A stretch of DNA of 59,082 bases, the filler included. It is 4 parts of 4 records of this genome, joined end to end, with 100 filler letters (N's around TTAATTAATTAA, not from the genome) between each part and the next. Parts side by side here need not be neighbours in the genome. Positions count along the whole stretch, not along the records: positions 50,519 to 59,082 come from SRR20825019_1107; 3 more parts are not named here. One strand, given 5' to 3'. Shown here piece by piece: positions 51,717 through 59,082 of the stretch. The notes beneath the pieces are model-generated. The model was not told the DNA's origin and did not search any database. It was given only the letters and a program-made list of their open reading frames with translations. The position numbers were made by a program, and so were the translations under genes. Each line of letters opens with the position of its first letter. Position 1 is the first letter of the stretch.

Positions 51717-54700
51717 ATGAGCCGTCGCCGCAGCACCATGACTGCCCTAGACTCCCTGGCGGAGGAGCCTCCTGACGACGGGTCCGTGTCGTCGCAATTG
51801 ATACGAGCAACACACTCGGACTGGATGTATAGCCTTGATGTGGACACAAGCTTCAAGCCCACGGTGGAAGAGTGTGGCGGAGGGGACCCTATGAAGCTGG
51901 ATATCCAGACGGAGAAAGAAAAACAGAAGATTGCAGTGATCCAGCGCGTGCGGATGCTCCAGGTGGCAGATAAGGTAGGGGTTGATGGGGCCGACTCGCG
52001 GGGTTCGTGTCTGAGTGGAGGCTAGGTGGAGCGCAAACATCGTCTTGCAGCAAAGTACGCAGCGCTATGGCGGCGTAAGGTGTTGGGTCGGCCGCGGTTC
52101 CGCATTATCGGAAAGGACAAGACATGGGGTGAGTGTGTATTTCATGTTTTGGAAAAGGGTTTCCTTGGACTTGGGTGTACTGGTCTGTCTGTCAGATTTG
52201 TGTGGGCGTGTTGATTATGGGAAGACACCCTTATCGCTCGCACGGCACGCAGGTGTGTTAGACGACGTCCTCAAGTCTGTGGAAGAGGCCTATGGAAGTG
52301 CAATGACCGCCATGAGCAACGCAGTCAAGGAGAATGCGATCCTGTACCAAAAATTAGTTGACGACAAGACTCAGGCGGATAATGAACTCCTTATCACAAA
52401 GCGAACACTAGGTATAGATTCGCAAGTTGGGAGATGCCCGCTCTAGTGTCTGATACGGTAGGCAGAACGGTTCCGGAAGGGTAGCAAGGAGGCGCAGAGC
52501 TACCTCGAGCAGATTATGTTTGAGGAACGGAAACGATTCCAGCGCATGATGATGGAGAAGGTATGGGGTGGCCCAGGTGCCGTATCAAAACCCACAGCTC
52601 ACGGTTGTTTCTATTAATAGAACATGGACGGGGAGAACGAGCGGGAAGGGCGGGACTCGCTAGAAGACGCAGCTGCCTTGGAGTCAATGTCGAAGGATGG
52701 CATTAAGAAGCCCGAGACGGTGGCTCTGGAGGGGTTCAAACACAAACTAGACGATCAGATGTTCACTCTGGGCCGCGAGGTACGTTCAGGGATCGATGGT
52801 TTGGCGAGGTGGGGTTGAGCTGCGTTGCGATGCGTCGCAAAGTTTTGTGCTTGTGCTTGGAGGTCGGACTTGAAGTGGTTTGTGGTCATGTTCGGGGCGG
52901 GCTGCCGCAGTGCCGCCGACCGGGAACGACCCTTTTTTCATGAAGGGTGATACGGATGTATCTGCAGTCATCTGATATTTGGGTGCAGGTGAACCGGGCA
53001 ATAGATATCGTTGACAAGGAGTTAGACAATATGGAGGACAAGGAGAGACGCAAGGAACAAGAAGTATCGGTATATCGCTCTTGGGTGCAGCAGCTCAAGG
53101 CGGAGCTGTCTAATATCACGGCATCGCGTGACAATGTACGTCGTGCATCTCGAATACGACGGGTGTTCCGAAAATCATCGGTCCTTATCTGACACTCGTC
53201 CTGCTAGGCCAAGAAGGAAATCACTGTATTGATGCAGCAGATTAAGCTCCTGGGCCTTCAGCTGGACAGGAGGAAAGATATCATGTCGGAACAGAGGTCT
53301 GCATTCTACAAGGTGTGTGGGTGCGGGTGCTGAGCTCCAGGGAATTGCGGCGCTCTGATCCTCCCCATGCAGGAACTACTCATGCTCAAAGAAAAGATTT
53401 TCAAGCAAAATCAGCTCCTTCACCGCACTGAACACATTCTGCGGGAACAAGCCAAGATTTCACAGAGCATGCGTGATTCCAACAATGAGGACGCCCTTCA
53501 AGGGGTCATGATGAATCAATCCCAGCGGGCCGCCGATGAGGTCCGGGAGGAGATACTGAGGCAGACGCACTCATTCCGAGTGGACAATGCGAAGTTGGAG
53601 CAGACGGTGGACGTCGAGGCCATGGTCCAGTCGCGAGTGAAGAAGGAGCTTAGCCTCTGTCGAGACGAACTAGAGGAGAGCCTAAAGGTGGGCGAGTTTT
53701 TTTTGAGATGATGACCAGAGTGGCCGAGGGCCTTAGTGTGCCGAAGCCGTCATGCACATCTCACTGACCGCCGCGTGCAGGATGAGATTGGCCGGAAGCT
53801 CCGGAAGCAATATGTGGACAGGGAGGAGAAATACGTTCAAAGCGTGATGGAGGAGTACCACAAGAAGATGACGGAGCTGCGCAGCACCGAGAACGCTGCC
53901 AAGAGAGAGACCGAGCGGTATTACAAGGTGCGTCACATGGCGATGTTGATTGTGGGCGTGTCTTGTCGTTTTGGAGACGTTGGCGCCCGCCCGACGGCTT
54001 CAGAAATGGATTTTGGGGAAGGGGCTTTCCCGAACAAAAGCACTGATGCTGCAGCAGGGTGCCATCTCAGCGCTGAAAGAGCAATACGAGGCGCGGATTC
54101 GGGTGCTGCAGGCGGCGTCAGCGTAAGAGGACTAATTATTCGCATTGGTTGGGATTGTCTCACAGTCCAATGCAGGGATAGTGGTGTGGAGCGCATCATT
54201 GAGGACCTGCGGGCTGAGCACGAGAACAAGATGGTGGCAGTTGAGAGCGAGATGGCGGAGCTGCGCAAGACTTACGATAAGCAAGAACGCGACCGGAAGC
54301 TTCTGGTGTTGGAGCACAATCGAACCCTTGCCGAGACTAAGAAGGATGTAAGTGGCACGCACTGCGGTGCCCGGAAGGTCTGACGTTTGGTGCAGCACGA
54401 GAAGTTTATTGAGAAACTCAAGGAGAAGCACGCGGACGACATCAAGGCGGCGTTGGCCGCGGAGCGTCTGAAGAACGTGCGGAAATCAATCACCTCTGCA
54501 ATGATGCCTGGCGGCGGCGGCGGTGGCGGGATGCCGGAGGGAATCACCCCGGAAATGATGGAGACACTCGCCAACATGTCGCCAGACGGGGCTGGTCCAG
54601 GTGCCGAGGGGGCCGGAGAACCGCTGGAGGGCTGCACGTGCAATTGTCACTCCAAGCGAAGGTCCAGCTTAGTGAGCAATGCCCCATCTGGGGGCCCCGG

Positions 54701-56709
54701 CCCTGACCCGGGCGCCAACCCCCGCCGCGACTCCACCATCTCCGTTGATCCTTCGGAGAGCAGCGGGCCCGTTTGGAACACCGTGGGCGCGAGCGGCGCG
54801 GTGATGGGTCTCGCGGTCAAGGTGGAGACAGCCGAAGTGGAGACCATGACCGACGAGGAATTCGTTTCGCGCGCGGAGCTGGCGGACGCCAAACGCAAGT
54901 TTTCCAAGTGGGAGGACAGCAACGAAGCAGGTGGGCTCGCGGAAGTTGGTTTGGATGACACGAGCCTGATGGTGTTGGATCAGCCGCAAAGTACATCCGC
55001 GATCTGGAGGAGGAGGCGACGATGAAGGCATTTTATATTCAGGCGTTGCAGGACCAGATATCCGGGACACATGACGAATTCGAGGAGAAGATGAAGGTGG
55101 TGGAGGAGAAGAAGGTTCGTTCGGCTGTGCCAAGGTGATCTTGGTCGCTTCGGAGCGGTTGGACTCACGTTGTGTGCGGCAGATCGAGCTGGAGATGGAG
55201 GTGAAAATGGTCCGAAAGACTATCGAAGCTTACAAGGAGGACCTGGCCCTGCCGTCGGAGGAGTACGACCCCGAGAAGGCGTGGAAAGACATCCACACTG
55301 ACGTGGGCCTCGTAACCCAGCTGGTGGACTCGGTTGGTGCACAGTGTTCGTCCGGCGGTGGCGGCGTCGTGACAGTTTATTTCGCAGATGACCGCGGAAA
55401 AGCTGCAATCGCAAGAAGATGTGGAGCAGGCCGAGTACGACTACAAAGCCATGCGGGTCGAGACGGAAGCGGCACGGCGACGGGCGGTGCGCCTCAGCGT
55501 GAAGGCTCTAGACACTGGTACAGCAGGTCTCCACGGGCCCTAGGAAAGCAGCTGAAAATGTGCATTGTGCAGGGATGGCCGCGTCCGCCCTTGCGGCGGC
55601 AGATGCCTCGAATGTAGCCAAGGTGCACAAGACCACAATTGCCTCGGACATATCCACCCTCCTTCACCCGGAGCTGTCGGACCCCAACGTCAAGCCGGCG
55701 CCGTCTCTCCTCTCCAATAACTCCACGTCACGCATCACCCGGCCTTCATCGGCCCCTGCAATCCGTGGGCTCACGCGCGACATTCACCACAAGCAATCCA
55801 ACTCCGAGTACATCAAGACTACGCTCGAGTCACTTCCCGTGCACGAGAGACTCCACGTCCGCGGGGTGCTAACCGCTGATCGGGTGAGCTTAGTGCCAGG
55901 GCATGTGGTGTGGAGGAGGGTAGCCTAAGTGGATTAGTTTTTGTGGGGCTTGGAAGTCCGTGGATATTGGTGGATGTGGGAGGGTGATGGGTATCATAAT
56001 AGCAACGGTCTTTGACATGTTTATGCGTCGGTGACAGAAAGAGAAGGAGGCCGGAATGACGCAATTCATAGCCAAGAGGAAACTTGAAGATCGGTTGAAG
56101 CAGGTGAATATTCAATGCTCCTTTCACGTTGTAGCGGTGTGGTGACGGGTGCTTTGAATACAGGTCCACCGTCTCGATCCTACCGCGAAGAGCTTCACGA
56201 TCAGTGATTCGACCATCGAGATGATGCACATGGCTACCCACCGGGGCGGATTCCAGACATCCAAGACTCTAGACACGGTCCTGTCGGATCACACCAACAA
56301 GACCCGGCGGAAGCGCGCGCCCCTTGCCGACACCAAACTGCCTGTCCATCGCATTCCAACCCAATTCGCGGCTCGAGTCGAGGGGAAGAAGGTCATGGAA
56401 GGAAGCAAGGCGCTGAACAAGAGCAGCGAAGGCGCCTTCAAGTCCATCGACCGGCCGGTGACGGAGGTTGCGAGTGAAGGATCTACCAACATGAGTCCCC
56501 AGCCCTGGTGAGAGCGATGTGCTGTTGTGTTTTGTCTTTCCACTGAGAATGAATTCGATCTCAGGAAGCAGACGTCTCCTTCGACCCCGCTGGACACTAG
56601 CCATGATATTATGTCATCATTAGATGTCCCGGTTGGTCCGATAAAGGAGATTAGCGGAGACGACATCATGAAAAAATACGGAAAGAAGCGGGCAAAGGGA
56701 AAGAAGTAG
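51717..56709 (+). CDS. Intron-rich eukaryotic gene encoding a long coiled-coil protein of unknown function
   Basis: A chain of short GT-AG introns (e.g. 51975-52025, 52129-52252) joins E/K/R-rich heptad-like exons. The last exon ends ...KYGKKRAKGKK* at 56709. The full model was not checked at every junction. Confidence 0.7.
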
Positions 56710-56815
56710 GTGCTCTTGTCTTGCGTGTAGGATGAATACAAAATGTGGCTCGGCGATGCTGATATGGCCAAGGCGTCACGGCGGGCGCGGCGGGCTTTAA
56801 TACAAAAATATGCGG

Positions 56816-58998
56816 TTACTTGCACACGCGCTTGCTCATCTTGGCGTTCTTCTTTTTGCGGACGCGCCTGTTCTTGGTGTCCACCTGCTTGTAATACGCC
56901 TCGCCCACCTTCTGCTTGTTCGTGGTCATGCGCGGCTCCTTGACAGTCTTGCGGCGCTTGCTATCGGGTTCATCGTCGTCGTCCCGCACATTCCCGCCCT
57001 TCCACATCTCATCTACCTTGCTACCTGCCTTCTTGGTGCCGGCCGCAGTCTTGCGTTTCTTGTTCTTGCCTGTCGCGGTCTTGGGTGTGACGTCCTCCTC
57101 CTCCTCGGTCTCCCAGCCATCACTCTGGTTGTCGTTCAGGCTTTTGTCAGAGAAGTCCGAGTCCTACTCCCGGGTCAGCCTCCAATTCCAACCGCCGACA
57201 CATATGCAACTCACATCGTCTTCGTGTGCCACTGTCTCGGCCTTGCGAGACTTGCCCTTCTTCGAGCCCTTCGCGTCCGAAGCCTTCTTGGAAGGCTTCG
57301 CGGTTCCGCTCACGTCACTAGCATTGTCCTCACTCTCAATCTCAGCATCCACATCACTGCCAGCGTCGGCGTCTTTGTACACATCATCCCAATCGACCTC
57401 GGGCGCCGGCTCATCTTCGTCATCGCTGCGACAGGCACGTTAGGCACATTCCATTCGCACCAAACACCCAGGGAAGCTCTTACCTAGCCAAGTACTCGCG
57501 GTCATCGCCCTCCAAATCCTCCCGCACCTTGATGTTGCGGAGATTCTGCTTGACTACGGGGAGCGCCTCCTTCTCGTCTCCTTCCCCCTCATCATCACCA
57601 CTCTCCGCCGCTTGAGGCCCTTCCACCGTGGCACCCTCAGGAGCCTCCTCCACCTGAGGCGGCGGGCTGAAGTAGGGAATCTTGCCCCTCAGGAAGTCCT
57701 GCAGTATCATCTTGGCAATGGCAATCAGATCCGGTTCACCCTTCTTGAGCAGCTTTCCGTATTTGATGGCCATTCTGCGATGCATATCGGGGTCAGAAAC
57801 CAGCGAATAAGATACGCTCATGCTAATAGGGTCTCACTTGGTCAAGAAGTCCCAGTGGTCATCCCAATCCTGAATGCCATAAGTTTTCTGAATGTACTGT
57901 GGCTTGACTTTCTCCAACACAGCCTCCACGTAATCCTCGGGGGTCTGCAGATTCTCGATCCTCACAACACCCTGTGCAAGCATAAGTCTGTGCGCAACAC
58001 GAATCTTCAAAGGCCCACTACCTTAAGCACAATTGCGGATTCCGAGTCTCCGGTAGGGTACACCACTCCCGGGCAATCGATAAGGAATACGCGGCGGTAG
58101 AGCGTGATGTACTGCCAGACCTTGGTCTCTCCAGGCACGGGGGAGGGCTTGCAGACCTTCTTGGCCCTTAGAGTGTTGATGACCGACGACTTGCCCACGT
58201 TGGGGTAGCCAATGAAGCCTACACTCACGTGCTTCTTATCCTTGTGGAGCGTGGCAAACTGCAAATGAAGACATCAATTCCGAATTCTCAGTGTCATCCT
58301 GGTCCCGGGTGCACCATACCTGTCTCAGAAGCTGAATGAGCGACCCCTTGCCAAACGGATTCGTGATGGACGCGTGGAAGGCCAGTGTAGGGTAGTCCTG
58401 TGACAACAGCTTCACCCACCTCTGGGTGATCCAGGGCGGCACCAAATCGCACTTGTTCAGCACAAATATCAAATGCTTATGGGACCTGCAGTGCACGAGT
58501 CAGACATGTTGTCCACGCTACCACAGCGGGCGCACTAACCTCTCCTTGCGAAGATGCTTCTCGATGTGCCTGGAACGCGTGCCCATAGGGTCACGGGCAT
58601 CGAGGACCTGAACAATGATGTCGCTGGAATCGATCACCTTGTAGAGCTCTCCCCAGATCCGTTTCGACTGCCCCTTAGCAAATATTTGGTCCATTACCTC
58701 GCGCCTGCGACATAGTCAGAAACCGAAAACTTCGTGTCACCCTACGGCGGCAGTCGCTCCCCCGCCCTGTGATCCAGTGGCGTCGATACTCACTTGAACT
58801 CATCCGAGATCTCAATATTGGTATCCTTTTCCTCCTCATAATCCCTCGCGCTCTGATCCACCTTCTCCAGCAAGCTCTCGTAATCACCGGCCGCCAGTTT
58901 GGGCCTCTTGCGCACTGACTTCTTTCCGAATACGTCATCGAAGGACTCCGTCGTCAGCAGATTCATCTTCGCGTTCTTCTTCGAGTCCTCCAAAAGGC
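56816..58998 (-). CDS. NOG2: Nucleolar GTP-binding protein 2 (circularly permuted GTPase), 5'-truncated, multi-exon
   Basis: [50 protein letters not shown] and LIDCPGVV recovered across canonical GT-AG introns. Confidence 0.95.
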
Positions 58999-59060
58999 CT
59001 GCCCATATGCTCAGCACGGGAATACATCACGGGTGAACTGGAGTCACATGTACCCCACTA

Positions 59061-59082
59061 CCCCCCCCCCCCCCCCCCCCCC
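59061..59082. repeat. Poly-C run at the window end
   Basis: 22 consecutive C. Confidence 0.9.

Noticed and set aside
58705-58793. Micro-exon or recursive splice inside a NOG2 intron (internal TAG-G-GT)
   Set aside because: A single 89-nt intron gives the correct frame; a 1-nt exon would cause a frameshift.
59061-59082. Telomere or functional G-tract
   Set aside because: A pure homopolymer at the sequence end, apparently inside an intron; likely an assembly break or read artefact.
1-59082. CRISPR arrays, rRNA, transposases, integrases, alternative genetic code
   Set aside because: None seen. The gene models I checked splice with GT-AG and end in standard stops.

Overview
This window is not one locus. 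It is four contigs joined by artificial 100-nt linkers (N44-TTAATTAATTAA-N44 at 18825-18924, 42270-42369 and 50419-50518). (1) 1-18824 is a compact, flagellated, standard-code eukaryote with short GT-AG introns. It carries an axonemal dynein heavy chain (DNAH2/I1-beta type), SSNA1/DIP13, CWC15, SIL1, an NlpC/P60-peptidase::TTLL10 tubulin-glycylase fusion, a divergent UFD2-core-like gene and a Sec7-PH-TBC (TBS-type) ArfGEF. (2) 18925-42269 is a Rhizobiales-like alphaproteobacterium: the xsc 3' end, an ~18 kb catabolic cluster of unknown substrate (ThDP enzyme, beta-oxidation enzymes, ADP-forming CoA ligase, DUF35/thiolase-like pair, TRAP transporter, three regulators), then lexA-comEC-gltA. (3) 42370-50418 is Rhodobacteraceae-like: a small glycine-zipper ORF, the beta-hydroxyaspartate cycle (bhcR-bhcABCD), a class II Fic gene with upstream direct repeats, and ACC deaminase. 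(4) 50519-59082 is a eukaryote resembling contig 1, with an intron-rich unknown coiled-coil gene and NOG2/GNL2. The best novelty candidate is the single-ORF fusion of a Cys/His NlpC/P60-like domain to a TTLL10 polyglycylase, a possible writer-eraser of tubulin glycylation. The unexplained catabolic cluster comes second. All assignments come from motif recognition by eye; no searches were run.
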